In this document: positions 1 to 10,722 of the stretch, piece by piece | Layout: each line of letters begins with the position of its first letter | Numbering within the stretch: position 1 is the first letter of the stretch | Made by a program: the position numbers and the translations under genes | Source of the DNA: Candidatus Poseidoniaceae archaeon | Lineage (GTDB): Archaea > Thermoplasmatota > Poseidoniia > Poseidoniales > Poseidoniaceae | Assembly (NCBI GenBank): GCA_965662895.1 | Contig: CBFIJH010000009.1 | Span: forward strand, 20,496-84,495 | Direction: 5' to 3' | DNA length: 64,000 nucleotides | Notes under the pieces: model-generated | The model's input: the letters and a program-made list of their open reading frames with translations, nothing else | Database searches by the model: none | What the model was told of the DNA's origin: nothing

Positions 1-3000
1 ATGTCCATCCCGCTGGTAATCCGCCTGGAGGCAATGGAGGTCCAGAGACGACAGGGGCAGGCATTGGTGGTGCTACCGCTTGAGCTACTGGTTGAACGAC
101 CGGCTGTACAACTGGTTGAGGGATCGGTTGCTGGAAGATCGGCGCTGCGCCTCCGTACATTGAATTTGCAACAGTGTCATGAATCGGCAATGTTGTTTCG
201 GTCCACGTTGCTTCAGGGACGTGGAGTTTCTCATCACCGTCACGGCGAATCATCAAACCAAACGCCAGAGCGACAAAGAGCACACCGCCAACAACAGCAA
301 GAATGAGCATCCAATTCGTGTCACCTGAGCCGTCACCTGACTCGGCGCCGGATTGAATTTGCTCACTCGGGCAGTCTGCTCGAGGGTCTTCACAAGCAAC
401 GGAGTATTGCGAACGCTTGTCCTCTAGGACGAGGTTAATTTCTTCTTTCTCAGCATCGGTCGTGGCTTCTGCTGATGATGTTTCAAGTGCTTCAATTTCT
501 TCTTTCAATCGATCGATGTAGTTTGTGAGCATCTCATCTTCCATTTCAGCAGGAGCAGGGAGCTCTTCCAGAATATTCCACTTGACGCTTGCTACGCTCT
601 TGTAGTCGTCACCGTTTGTGTCGACTGCCATGATGGTGAGTTGGTAGTAATCCTTGTACATCGAACCAGTCGGTCGCGCGTACTCGCCCGGTAAAAAGAG
701 GGAATCGATGTTGAGTTCGGTTGACCATCCGACCATTGAGCGCGTGATGTCGAGGTCCTCTTCGTAGAGCCCGTCGCACGTTCCGGTCTCATCGTTGCAA
801 ACGTTCCACGTCGTTTCAATAACGGTGAAGGTTGGTGCCATGTCCGTCAGGAAGATATTGGCCGTTGGTATTTGCCCGATGTAGGTATCCTGCATGTCAA
901 CATACACGTGACCACTTCCATCGTCGACCTTGGAGATGTACAATGGATAGGAATCAAACACATCGACCGTCATGGTGTAGGTGTTGGTATCGTATCGGTC
1001 GATGGTGTTGACTGTAACTTGATGAAGACCTGATGATTGGAAATTCAGGGTCATTGTTCCATCGATTGGGTTGTACTTCGCAGCACCCTGTTCGTCCGAT
1101 GAGACGGTAATGAACGCCTCGTTTGCTGGATCATCAACATCGGTCAGCAATGCCATCAGGTTAATGACGCGCTGTGTACCGAGTTTGAGTGTTGTTTGTT
1201 CAAGTCCCGTCAAGTCCAAACGGGGCGCATCGTTGATTGGATTGACCTTTACAAGCAAGGTTTGGTCAGAAAACTGTTCGCCATCACTTGCTCGAATCGT
1301 GATTGTCACTTCGCCGTTCACGTCATCGTCCAACGTTTGGAAAACGATGTTCGATGTGTCGAGGAAGGCGTTGAACACATCGGTGTTTGAAGTCGAGAGG
1401 ATTTCGAGCGACAAATCAGAGGCCTGGGCCACATTCCCTTCATCGTCCGTGTCCGAGAGGAATGGTAGGAGGCTCAATGTCCCCATTCCACCCTCATCAA
1501 CGATTTGTGTTGGTAGCGCTTGCCAGCGAGGCTGGCCGTTTTCGAGAACGTTGAACAGGAGTGTTCCGTATGGCAATTGACCTTCGTTGGAATAATCGCC
1601 GCCGTCGTCCATGAAAATCTCGATACCTTGTGAGCCGAGCGGACAACCTTGGACTGGGTCCCATGCGAACAACACTTCAACCTCAGTTGTCGAGGGGTGC
1701 CATCCCACGAAGTTCGCATCGTTGCTTGAAATTGTCAAATCATAGAGCGGACTTTCCGGATCTGAAACAATTCCAGTGAGGTCGACCTTTGTCGACATAT
1801 CACACTGAACAGGACTGACTTGATTTGGAGCGATGGATGGTGGAGCGTTCATGAGGTCAAACGCGCTGGTAGCAATCGACCAACCAGATGTTTGACCACG
1901 TGCATCAACGGTTCTCGAGCGAAGGTCATAGAGACCTGCAGGCATGTCGACTGTTGGGAGAATCGAGTATTCTCGACCCTCGTTTGCAGAGCCTGGATAG
2001 AGGATGTTGTCGCCGCCAGTAACTGCTTCTCCTGACCACTGGCCTGCACCAGCCTTCGAAATTTCAATGTCAAAGGTCAGCGTGTCAATGGTGTCGACAA
2101 AGTCATCTGCATCGCCTTTTGCAAGAACAGAGAAGTATTGTCCACGGCTAATCTCAGATGTACCGATGACCTGCGGTGTTTTTGATTTAGGAGGACGGTC
2201 GTGATCCAGGTCGCCTGTTGCCACATTGTTGGAAAGAACCGATTCACCGTTTGTTTGGAGTTCCAAACCGAAGACTGTCTTCCAACTGTTGGTCGAAAGT
2301 GTGCTTGTGTCAAACGTCTCCTGTGCATTCATTGTACTCGTTGCACCAGTGGTCGCCATTGCTCCGATTGGTGTACCTTGGCCGATGTAATTCTTGACGC
2401 CGTTCAAGACGTAGAAGAACTTGGCCGTACCGCCGTTGTTGTAATCGAGATCGCCTGAGTTCGAAATCGTAGCATCGAGTGTCAGGACGTCACCTTGAAT
2501 GTAGGATGAACCTGCTGGGCTTGATACAACGAAACTTGGAACTGAGAGGTCCATTCTCGGAGCCATGGTCGAATCCGATGCTGCGTAGACACTTGCGCCA
2601 TTGTTGCTGGTACTCCAAGTGGAATACAAGGCAGCAACAGTGTTCATGTTCGATGTACCACCGGAGACGAGATTCGTAGGTACTGTCCAGACCTTGCTTG
2701 CTGTACCGCTAGCCAAGTTAACGGTTTCAAAACCGGTTCCACCGTTGACAATGCTACCGCTACCGCTCGTGTAACCACCGTTGTTCAAAAGCCAAGACTC
2801 CCAACAGTTGCCCCCCTTTGAGCCATCAACGTAAGCATGAGAATTGCAGACCTTCTCCGTGACCGCAGCGTAAAGAACTAGGCTCGAAGGTGCAGTACCA
2901 CTTCCGGTGTACTTTGCTGAGATGTCGATGGTTGTGGTTCCATCACCGTTGTCCGTTTGTGCAACAGTGAGCGAATAGTACGGTGCACTGTTGTGCATGT

Positions 3001-3448
3001 TGCCACCGGAAGAAATGTATTGATCCCAACATGTGTTGGAGCCACAACCTGAGTTCGGGTTGGCATCTCCGAAGGAGGTTTTCGGGGCACCCCCTGTCTC
3101 TTTGAGGTGGCTTACGCCGTAAATCGGCGCAATGTTTCCAGCCTCTGAATCAGCGGTATTTCCAAAATTTGCGCTGTGGTACGAGATGTAGACATATCGG
3201 TCTGGCAGAGAGTTCTTTGCTTGATTGTGAGCTGGGCTACCGTATTGGTAACAATAACCGCAGTTATCCGAGGTAATGTACTGCGCGAAAACAGTGTGAC
3301 CTGGGTCCGATGGTGCGGCTTGCACAAGCTGTGCGTCTTGCAAAACTTGGGGCTCGTGTGGGTTCTGTTCCTTGGCTAGGCCAATCATCAAACTACCGAC
3401 GAACAGTAAGACAATTCCAATCGCAGTAAAACGCGTGCTGACTCTCAT
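1..3448 (-). CDS. Large membrane-anchored surface protein (partial, runs off left edge): signal peptide, thioredoxin/Omp28-like CxxC domain, CARDB and cadherin-like Ig repeats, TM helix, Pro-rich cytoplasmic tail
   Basis: Not in ORF track (no stop in window). Manual translation from ATG 3448: MRVSTRFTAIGIVLLFVGSLMIGLA...YITSDNCGYCYQY...ISYH; later VKVNPINDAP cadherin-like motif, TM WMLILAVVGGVLFVALAFGLMIRR, ends in the same frame at ...GPPLPPGGLPAGWT at position 2. Confidence 0.85.
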   Translation of the reverse strand, partial: MRVSTRFTAIGIVLLFVGSLMIGLAKEQNPHEPQVLQDAQLVQAAPSDPGHTVFAQYITSDNCGYCYQYGSPAHNQAKNSLPDRYVYISYHSANFGNTADSEAGNIAPIYGVSHLKETGGAPKTSFGDANPNSGCGSNTCWDQYISSGGNMHNSAPYYSLTVAQTDNGDGTTTIDISAKYTGSGTAPSSLVLYAAVTEKVCNSHAYVDGSKGGNCWESWLLNNGGYTSGSGSIVNGGTGFETVNLASGTASKVWTVPTNLVSGGTSNMNTVAALYSTWSTSNNGASVYAASDSTMAPRMDLSVPSFVVSSPAGSSYIQGDVLTLDATISNSGDLDYNNGGTAKFFYVLNGVKNYIGQGTPIGAMATTGATSTMNAQETFDTSTLSTNSWKTVFGLELQTNGESVLSNNVATGDLDHDRPPKSKTPQVIGTSEISRGQYFSVLAKGDADDFVDTIDTLTFDIEISKAGAGQWSGEAVTGGDNILYPGSANEGREYSILPTVDMPAGLYDLRSRTVDARGQTSGWSIATSAFDLMNAPPSIAPNQVSPVQCDMSTKVDLTGIVSDPESPLYDLTISSNDANFVGWHPSTTEVEVLFAWDPVQGCPLGSQGIEIFMDDGGDYSNEGQLPYGTLLFNVLENGQPRWQALPTQIVDEGGMGTLSLLPFLSDTDDEGNVAQASDLSLEILSTSNTDVFNAFLDTSNIVFQTLDDDVNGEVTITIRASDGEQFSDQTLLVKVNPINDAPRLDLTGLEQTTLKLGTQRVINLMALLTDVDDPANEAFITVSSDEQGAAKYNPIDGTMTLNFQSSGLHQVTVNTIDRYDTNTYTMTVDVFDSYPLYISKVDDGSGHVYVDMQDTYIGQIPTANIFLTDMAPTFTVIETTWNVCNDETGTCDGLYEEDLDITRSMVGWSTELNIDSLFLPGEYARPTGSMYKDYYQLTIMAVDTNGDDYKSVASVKWNILEELPAPAEMEDEMLTNYIDRLKEEIEALETSSAEATTDAEKEEINLVLEDKRSQYSVACEDPRADCPSEQIQSGAESGDGSGDTNWMLILAVVGGVLFVALAFGLMIRRDGDEKLHVPEATWTETTLPIHDTVANSMYGGAAPIFQQPIPQPVVQPVVQPVAQAVAPPMPAPVVSGPPLPPGGLPAGWT

Positions 3449-3466
3449 AATAGTTCCACGACCACT

Positions 3467-3478
3467 CATTATATAATG
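3467..3478. promoter_or_regulatory. Palindromic TATA-box-like element CATTATATAATG in divergent intergenic region
   Basis: Perfect 12-bp palindrome; TTATATAA core lies 21-28 nt upstream of the ATG at 3448 (minus strand), typical archaeal TATA spacing for a leaderless mRNA. Confidence 0.5.
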
Positions 3479-3564
3479 GTAGTCTGTTCTCGTCTTTTGA
3501 TTTTAATTCGAAAAGTTCCATTATTTTTACAAAAGTCTGATGATGAAGACAACCTGCCAGGTGC

Positions 3565-4353
3565 ATGTCGGATGAACAATTCGCCGCCTTAATCGAGGAA
3601 AATGGTCGCATCCATATTGTCCGTATTCTCGATGAAAGTGTCAAAATCAAAGGGATTGGTGTGTTCAACTCCGCAAAGGTGCTCAATTCTGTCAACAATG
3701 GTGAGGAAGTGCAAATCGGGTCGAAAATATTCACGCGATTACCATCACGCCTACCTGAGTTGTTTCAGGGAATGAAACGACGTGCACAAACCATCGGCTC
3801 CAAAGATTCTGGCGTCCTTATTGCTCGTCTTGGAATCGGCCCTGGCGATGTTGTTCTCGAAGCCGGATTGGGTTCAGGCGGACAATCCATGCATTTGGCT
3901 CGTGTGATGGGTGCATCGGGGCATCTCATTACCGTCGAGCCACGTCAGGAACATTCAGACGTGGGCCTTGAAAATCTGAAAACGCTCGCAAATGCCGTAC
4001 CAGAATTCCCTCAGCATACCCACGTTCACGGTTTCATCGAAGAATCGACAGAAGAAATCAAAGCAATCTCCAGCGACGTGGATGCGATTCTTTTGGACCT
4101 TCCAGATCATCCAACAGCCATCAAATCCGTTGCTGAACTTCTCAAGGTTGGTGCTCGCCTCTCGTGTTACTGCCCCGTTTCGAGCCAACTCGAACAAGCA
4201 TGGGTTGCATGCGAAGAGGCTGGACTTGAAGTCGAATGGGCCGGTGAAGTCATCGAGCGTGAATGGGGGAAAGCAAGCAAAGGAGGCGTTCGCCCAGTCA
4301 ATGGACCGTTCGGTCATACCGCTTTCCTCTTGATTGCTCAGCGACGAAGCTGA
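3565..4353 (+). CDS. trmI: tRNA (adenine-57/58-N1)-methyltransferase (TrmI/GCD14 family)
   Basis: MKRRAQTIGSKD, GIGPGDVVLEAGLGSG SAM motif, DAILLDLPD, C-terminal VRP..GHTAFL. Confidence 0.9.
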   Translation: MSDEQFAALIEENGRIHIVRILDESVKIKGIGVFNSAKVLNSVNNGEEVQIGSKIFTRLPSRLPELFQGMKRRAQTIGSKDSGVLIARLGIGPGDVVLEAGLGSGGQSMHLARVMGASGHLITVEPRQEHSDVGLENLKTLANAVPEFPQHTHVHGFIEESTEEIKAISSDVDAILLDLPDHPTAIKSVAELLKVGARLSCYCPVSSQLEQAWVACEEAGLEVEWAGEVIEREWGKASKGGVRPVNGPFGHTAFLLIAQRRS

Positions 4354-7300
4354 TCAGAATTTTGGTGCAGAGCCGTACTCGACGACTCGAATGCTGGAAT
4401 CGCATGTCGGACATGTGAATCGGAATGGAGGTTCATTCCCTCCGGGAACAGCCAGTCGAGCCTCGCACGAAGGACAAGAAATACGACGGTTTGTATCCAT
4501 TCGACATTCGTTTGGCCCGAGTGCGTATTGCTTTATCTCCTCTTCCTCTTCTTCTGGCTCGTCGTCGATCTCCTCAACGGCAGAACGTGGTTTCCTTAAC
4601 CGAAGGAGCACAACTGCAAGTGCGAACAAAATGTAGCCAGTGGCCATCAACTGCAAGGTTGTATCTTTGGCAAGTTCGACTCCGAGCAATGTAACACCTT
4701 CGGGCGCTTGCGGTTCTCCTTCAACTCGAATGCTGATCGGTTGGGATTCTGCGTTGACGCTACTTCCATCGATTTGAACCAAGGCGCGAATTCGAATCTC
4801 TGCATCTGTTTCATCTGTTGTCAGAGAATTCATCCGTACAACAAAGATTTCAGATGCGCCTGGCTCGAGACTGAATGCATCTGTCAGTTCGCCCAACGTG
4901 TTGTTCCAGCGGTCGTCCAGAACGCCTTCACCAATACCAACGAGGGTGAGTTTTCCAGAAATCGCAATGTTTGCGAGATTGGTAACAGTGACCGTTGTCG
5001 ATGAGCCGCCAAGATAAGGAATCGAGAAGTCCTGATTCGCAACATCGATACGTACAACGGAATTTGTATCCCATGTGGCTTCGATTGTGAATGAGACAAC
5101 CTCGTTTTCAACTGCGTCCGACCGCGCGCTCGATATCGCTCGGAAACTGAAAGCATTGGTGCCGGCGAGCGCATTTGATGGAATGTCACACGTCCAAGGA
5201 AGTTCTGATGTTCGCCCACCTGGCTGGAGAAGGAAAGAAGATTCGATTTCACAATCAAGGCCAACGGATGAGAGGGAAAAGCTGTCCGCACTGTTCCCTG
5301 TATTTCTCACAGTTAACGTACCCGAAAGCGTGTCCGAGGCCTCGGTTATCGAATCATCGACATACACTTCGATGTCCGAACCAGCAGTCATCGGAAACAG
5401 CGTAAGAAGAGTCACATCGGTCGATTCTGGATCAAGCGTCGAAGTAGCAACGATGTTGATGGGCAGACCGTTTTCACTTGCACCAATGGCAGTCTCTCGG
5501 ACGCTCAAGACCACCGTTTCAGATTGCCCAATACCCAGATTTACTGACGTTTTCGAAAGCGTTACGTCGAAGTAATTTGAAGTCTCTCCCGCACCGATTG
5601 CGAGCAAGAACGTGTCTTGAAGTGTTCCAATGTTCGTGACCTCGATGGTCACGTTTGTCGAGGCTGAAGGACCAGCAATTATCTGATTTGTATTCGGGCT
5701 CAGTTGGGCAAGTGTTCGATCGACAACTTGCAATTCAATAACAAGAAGCGCCTCAATTTCACCGGCGTACAAACGAAGCGTAAGCGCATCGGTTCGAGCA
5801 CTGGTCGCTGCTGATGCTGTTACTTCAAACGAGACGTTGTGCGTTGCTCCTGCTTCAAGTGAATATTGATCGACATCAGGTAGAATTGCACTCACACCAC
5901 CCGGCAGTCCAGCAATGGTGAATGTTTCGAGGAGAAGATCGGACGTCCCATCATTCTCGATGAGAATCGTCACTGCAGCATTGTTACCGGATTGAACCAC
6001 AACGCGTCCATCAACTGGACCTTGAAGATTCAGACTTGCCAGTGGTTGAACATCAAAGGCAAGACTCAAATTTTGTTCAAGCAACGAATCATGCGTTACA
6101 GTAACAATTCGTTCGTAGGCACCAAGCGACCCTTCGGATGCAGTGGCTTTCAAGGTCCAGACTGCAGACGCATCGGCAGGCACTGAGACAGAGGAAGCAG
6201 AATCAAGAACCAGTGAAATTGGTGAGGAGGCGTTGCTGTTGACTTGCAAGGAAAAGGTCTCGGCTTCGGTTCCAGTGTTGAACACACGAACTTCAATCGT
6301 GGTCTCAGTCGAAGGTTCGATGACCTTCGGTCCGTTTGGACCTTGAAGCACAAAAGCGATTTTTTTGTCAACTTCAAACGAAAAATCCCGAACAAATGTG
6401 ACAGATGTATCCGATGCGAGTGTGGCTGTAAATCGAAGCGAGCACACATCTCCAACGTTGGCGGTTGAGACAACATCAACTTGGAACCCTACATCTTCAG
6501 TCGCACTGATGCCAATCGTCGATTCATATGCAAGAAGTGCCGCACTGCACGGACCCGACAGAACGGTCAACGCATAATCGTACGATGCTTCCGTAGTTCC
6601 GATGTTTGTGAGTCGAAGCGATGAGTTGGTTTGTTGACCTGGCAGAAATTCATCGCTACTGTTCAAGAAATCAACCTGCAAGTCATAGTCCGCCTGAACG
6701 TCAATCACCATGAGCGTCGACGTTGTCAGGTTGCCAAACAGGGACCCTGCATAAAGTCGAACACCGGTCGCTCCAGGGCTAGCATCGGAAGGAATAGAGA
6801 TGCGTAGTGTTGCGGTCTCTTGTCCGTTCGCGGTCAGGTTCTCGACTTGGTCATCCAACCATCGAACTTCCCATCCAGTTGGGAAACCTGAATGCTGATT
6901 CGTTGCTGCAATCGCAGCTGATGCTTCCCATGGATAGGCGTAGGTTGATGAACCGTTGAATACAACTTCAGCGGCTGTTTGTTGAAGGGTCAATCGAAGC
7001 GTTGCATCCAGGGATGTGTTGTCGGTCAAACCCACTGGAGAGTCTCCAGTCAGCGCAGCAAACAGAACACAGGCAGACAGGTAGGAACCGGATGTCGAAG
7101 GATGGCTACCGTCTGCAGAATACAATCCGTAAAAGGTCGAAGATGGAGCGAGTGGGTTGCCTCCAGAAGCCACGATTGAATCGTGGATGTGTTTGAATGC
7201 GAGCCCAACCGGAGCGATGTAGATGTCTGCAGGGGTTGAAAGTGAGACGTTATCGCGATAATCGATGTAACCTTGTTCAAGCAGATCTTGCATAACGGTG

Positions 7301-8340
7301 TAGTTCGGATACAGTGTAGGGTTCATGGCATCGCCACTGCGTCGCCCCCAGGTCATCATCAGCATCATTGCTGCGCCTTCCGAATCAATTCGTTCTCCGA
7401 GATTGATGCTACCGTTTTTGCTGGCGAGCCAATCTGAATTCGTTCTGTAAAAACCAGGCACTTGGGATTGATCTTGGACGATTACCGTATCCCAAACACC
7501 GGTCGCAAGCGACAGGTTTTGTTGGCTTGCTGATGTGTTGACATCGTCCCAATGATCCGAGATTTTCCAACCGCCTGAGGTAAACGCCGAAGTGTTGCTC
7601 GGGCTGTCAGCACTTCGAAGAAGTTCCTGAAGCATGGAGGAGAGACCGTTCGCAGAGGTGTACGAGTTTCCGAAGAGAAGAACATCACTGACCGATGCGG
7701 ACCAGGACGGAGGTGCCGTACTTGTGTTGGACTGACCACTCGACGAGTAGTTCTCCCACCAACCAGTCAGGTCAGGTTCTTCTCCGACCTCGAGAAGATA
7801 GGAATCCATGACTGAACCATGATTGCTTACCGAGATTGCAACATCAACAGATTGACCAGGCTCGATGGCCAATAAACCCTGATCACCGACACCTGTCGCA
7901 TCGAGATGTGGATTGTAGACGATGGCAACGCTAACGTACACATCAATCGACGTAGAAGCACTACCGTCACTTTCACTCACAGTGATTGTGAACATCCCAT
8001 TGTCGCTTGGCGTTGCAGTTTCTGCCAACTGAACGAGGATTGTTGTTGTTGCATTGTAGGTTGGTAAAACATTCGAAACTGAGTTGGAAGTTGGAACTGC
8101 AGTCCACAAAGAAGAGAGCCCTGTTGTTGCTGTTGCAACATCGTAGGTTTCAATCGATGAACCATTGTTCTCGATGGTTAGGGTTAGATTCATGGATTCT
8201 CCGGGTATGAGAATCATGTGCGTCATGTCAACTTGCAACTCGATTTCTGGGTCAGCCCTGGTCAATTGTGCGAGAGGTGAAGCACTCGCAAACAGCATCA
8301 TTCCAACCAAAACGAACGCACGAATGGAGAGTTTCGACAT
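4354..8340 (-). CDS. Secreted multi-Ig (NEW3/COG1470-like) surface protein with inserted SGNH hydrolase domain, C-terminal TM and cytoplasmic Zn ribbon
   Basis: Signal peptide; repeated N-x-G-x-x-x-D/E-x-F/Y Ig motifs; VLLFGNSYT...QDQS...DGSHPS SGNH motifs; TM then acidic linker, CPSC...CPTC. Confidence 0.8.
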   Translation of the reverse strand: MSKLSIRAFVLVGMMLFASASPLAQLTRADPEIELQVDMTHMILIPGESMNLTLTIENNGSSIETYDVATATTGLSSLWTAVPTSNSVSNVLPTYNATTTILVQLAETATPSDNGMFTITVSESDGSASTSIDVYVSVAIVYNPHLDATGVGDQGLLAIEPGQSVDVAISVSNHGSVMDSYLLEVGEEPDLTGWWENYSSSGQSNTSTAPPSWSASVSDVLLFGNSYTSANGLSSMLQELLRSADSPSNTSAFTSGGWKISDHWDDVNTSASQQNLSLATGVWDTVIVQDQSQVPGFYRTNSDWLASKNGSINLGERIDSEGAAMMLMMTWGRRSGDAMNPTLYPNYTVMQDLLEQGYIDYRDNVSLSTPADIYIAPVGLAFKHIHDSIVASGGNPLAPSSTFYGLYSADGSHPSTSGSYLSACVLFAALTGDSPVGLTDNTSLDATLRLTLQQTAAEVVFNGSSTYAYPWEASAAIAATNQHSGFPTGWEVRWLDDQVENLTANGQETATLRISIPSDASPGATGVRLYAGSLFGNLTTSTLMVIDVQADYDLQVDFLNSSDEFLPGQQTNSSLRLTNIGTTEASYDYALTVLSGPCSAALLAYESTIGISATEDVGFQVDVVSTANVGDVCSLRFTATLASDTSVTFVRDFSFEVDKKIAFVLQGPNGPKVIEPSTETTIEVRVFNTGTEAETFSLQVNSNASSPISLVLDSASSVSVPADASAVWTLKATASEGSLGAYERIVTVTHDSLLEQNLSLAFDVQPLASLNLQGPVDGRVVVQSGNNAAVTILIENDGTSDLLLETFTIAGLPGGVSAILPDVDQYSLEAGATHNVSFEVTASAATSARTDALTLRLYAGEIEALLVIELQVVDRTLAQLSPNTNQIIAGPSASTNVTIEVTNIGTLQDTFLLAIGAGETSNYFDVTLSKTSVNLGIGQSETVVLSVRETAIGASENGLPINIVATSTLDPESTDVTLLTLFPMTAGSDIEVYVDDSITEASDTLSGTLTVRNTGNSADSFSLSSVGLDCEIESSFLLQPGGRTSELPWTCDIPSNALAGTNAFSFRAISSARSDAVENEVVSFTIEATWDTNSVVRIDVANQDFSIPYLGGSSTTVTVTNLANIAISGKLTLVGIGEGVLDDRWNNTLGELTDAFSLEPGASEIFVVRMNSLTTDETDAEIRIRALVQIDGSSVNAESQPISIRVEGEPQAPEGVTLLGVELAKDTTLQLMATGYILFALAVVLLRLRKPRSAVEEIDDEPEEEEEEIKQYALGPNECRMDTNRRISCPSCEARLAVPGGNEPPFRFTCPTCDSSIRVVEYGSAPKF

Positions 8341-8547
8341 GGGACCAATGCCTGCGAGGTGTTGTTAGCACTTGAGCGAATCGGCTTCAAGGGTTCAAAT
8401 CCAACGGTTCAGGCCGATTCCTTCAGAACGCGAGGAACATACTTCCAACTTTGCGCAATCTCAACCAAAACGCACAAACTCCAAACTGTCAAAAATAGGT
8501 ATCGCTCTTGGCGATTGCTATTTTAACGACATCAATTAGGAATTGTC

Positions 8548-9948
8548 ATGGCTGACTGGCATCCAACGACATATCGAACGCATACTTTGGGAGAAATCCA
8601 ACACAAGGGCGCTGACCTCGTCGGCACGGAAGTCACCGTCTGTGGCTTCATGGAAGCAAATCGTGGTAAAGGAGCCATCTGCTTCGTTGACTTACGCGAT
8701 GGAACTGGAAAACTACAGGTCTTTCTGAAAGGAGACACCATCGGAGAGGAAAACCTCGACCTTGTTCAACGAATGACTCGAGAATCTACACTCCAATTTA
8801 CTGGCTTGGTCGCACAAAAGCGACCTCCGAAAATCAAAGAAGGTGAAACACCACCACCACCAGCTTACGAAATCGTTGCACAAGATGTGAACGTACTCAC
8901 ACGCGCCAACGCTCCCTTGCCCTTGGGCATCACTGACACGGTGTCGATCGGTCTTGATACCCGCCTTGACAACCGATTCCTCGACCTTCGCCGGGCTCAC
9001 GTGAATGCTATGTTCACCCTTCGAGCACGCGTTCTCCAATACGGTCGTGAGCACCTCATCACTGAAGGTTTCAAAGAAATCAACACACCGAAGATTATCG
9101 CATCCGCCTCCGAGGGAGGGACAAATCTGTTTCCGATGATGTATTTCGATACACCTGCCTTCCTTTCCCAAAGCCCGCAATTGTACAAACAACTCGCAAT
9201 CCTTGGCGGTATGGAGCGCGTGTTCGAAATTGGACCGGCATTCCGCGCTGAAAACCATGACACTTATCGTCACTTGAATGAATTCATTTCTTTTGATATT
9301 GAAGCTGCATGGATGACGGATGAAGACGTCATGGGTGTCCAAGAACGTATGATTCATCACATCTGGAAATCCGTTGCTGAACACGATCAGGAACACATCG
9401 ATGTCATCAACGAGTATCGAGAATCTCAAGAATTGGAACCAATTTCAGTGGACGTCCCAAGCCTGCCATTCCCTCGAATTGACTATTGTGAAGCGATTCA
9501 AATGATTCAAGACGCAGGTGAGGAAATTGCTTGGGGCGATGACATCGACTCTTCACATTGTGATATTATCGCAGAAAAGTATCCCGGATTCCACTTCCTG
9601 CCTCGATGGCCAATGGAGATGAAACCGTTCTACATCCACCATGTTGTAGGCGAGAATGGAGTCACTGGAGAGCAACTCAGTCGCGGTTTTGACCTCAATT
9701 ACGGCCGAGACGAAATGACCAGCGGTGGCCAACGTGAACACAATGTTGAGGTTCTTGAGGAGAATTTGCGAAGCAAGGGACTCAACCCAGAAGAGTTCTC
9801 TTTTTACACGGACGGATTCCGTTTCGGAGCACCACCTCACGCAGGATGGGGGCTTGGCGTTGCTCGTCTGCTCATGGTTTTGACCGGTTCTCGTAACGTT
9901 CGAGAAACCGTCCTCTTCCCACGCGACCGTCATCGAGTAACGCCATGA
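8548..9948 (+). CDS. aspS: Aspartyl-tRNA synthetase, archaeal/eukaryotic type
   Basis: OB-fold [28 protein letters not shown], motif 2 FRAEN..RHLNEF, SGGQR, motif 3 [17 protein letters not shown]. Confidence 0.95.
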   Translation: MADWHPTTYRTHTLGEIQHKGADLVGTEVTVCGFMEANRGKGAICFVDLRDGTGKLQVFLKGDTIGEENLDLVQRMTRESTLQFTGLVAQKRPPKIKEGETPPPPAYEIVAQDVNVLTRANAPLPLGITDTVSIGLDTRLDNRFLDLRRAHVNAMFTLRARVLQYGREHLITEGFKEINTPKIIASASEGGTNLFPMMYFDTPAFLSQSPQLYKQLAILGGMERVFEIGPAFRAENHDTYRHLNEFISFDIEAAWMTDEDVMGVQERMIHHIWKSVAEHDQEHIDVINEYRESQELEPISVDVPSLPFPRIDYCEAIQMIQDAGEEIAWGDDIDSSHCDIIAEKYPGFHFLPRWPMEMKPFYIHHVVGENGVTGEQLSRGFDLNYGRDEMTSGGQREHNVEVLEENLRSKGLNPEEFSFYTDGFRFGAPPHAGWGLGVARLLMVLTGSRNVRETVLFPRDRHRVTP

Positions 9949-9949
9949 G

Positions 9950-10705
9950 TTGGCCATCATGCCGGTTGACCGTATGCAATGGGGTGCGAAACCTTGGCAA
10001 CATGCAGATTTGCACATGCCCGATGAGCCCTCACCATTCCAAAACGACCATGGCGTGCCATGCATCATGCTGATTCACGGTGGCTTCTGGAAAAAGCAGT
10101 ACACTTCTGAACTCATGCAACCCATTGCAAACGCCCTCAGCGATGCCGGTGTTGCAAGTTGGAACATCGAATTCCGAAGATGGGAGGACGGTGATGAAGG
10201 CGTATGGATGGACACACTTTCCGATGTTCTTCGGGCGTGGGGTCAACTTGCGCTCCTTCCGGGCATCGACATCACGCGAAGCATGGTGATGGGACATTCT
10301 GCAGGCGGTCATCTCGCTCTCCTGATGGCAAGCAAAGCTGAACGAAAACCATGGCTCGCTATTGCGCAAGCACCGATTACAGATTTGTTCGGAGCGGACG
10401 ATGCGAAACTCAGTGATGAAGGAGATGCAATACGGAAGTGGATGGGTTGCAGCCCATACGAGAATGAAGCATTGTGGAAAAAAGTCAACCCTATCGAACT
10501 GTCTCCAAAAGCCCCAGTCCTGTTGATTCATGGTGAGCGTGATGTCGACGTACCGCTTGAACAGAGCGAGACCTATGCAAGAGCAATGAAGGCGAAGGGA
10601 TGCGATGTTCAGAAACTCTGGTTACCCGGTGACCACTACACGATCATTGATGCTGCGAGCGATGATTGGTTGGTCCAACAAGATGCAATCCTCGATTGGT
10701 TGTGA
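9950..10705 (+). CDS. Alpha/beta hydrolase (HGGxW, GHSAG; esterase / kynurenine-formamidase-like)
   Basis: IHGGFW oxyanion motif, GHSAGG nucleophile, HGERDVDVP Asp, GDH His; starts 1 nt after aspS stop (ATG 9959 alternative). Confidence 0.8.
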   Translation: MAIMPVDRMQWGAKPWQHADLHMPDEPSPFQNDHGVPCIMLIHGGFWKKQYTSELMQPIANALSDAGVASWNIEFRRWEDGDEGVWMDTLSDVLRAWGQLALLPGIDITRSMVMGHSAGGHLALLMASKAERKPWLAIAQAPITDLFGADDAKLSDEGDAIRKWMGCSPYENEALWKKVNPIELSPKAPVLLIHGERDVDVPLEQSETYARAMKAKGCDVQKLWLPGDHYTIIDAASDDWLVQQDAILDWL

Positions 10706-10722
10706 GTGCGAACCACTAAATC

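Noticed and set aside
1-306. Track ORF on + strand (101 aa) and other short ORFs in 592-3379
   Set aside because: Shadows of the long minus-strand gene 3448..<1, which has a signal peptide, recognisable domains and a TM
8713-9429. 238-aa antisense ORF within aspS (similarly 56674-57462 and 58129-58761 opposite the giant gene)
   Set aside because: Antisense shadows of conserved or strongly codon-biased genes
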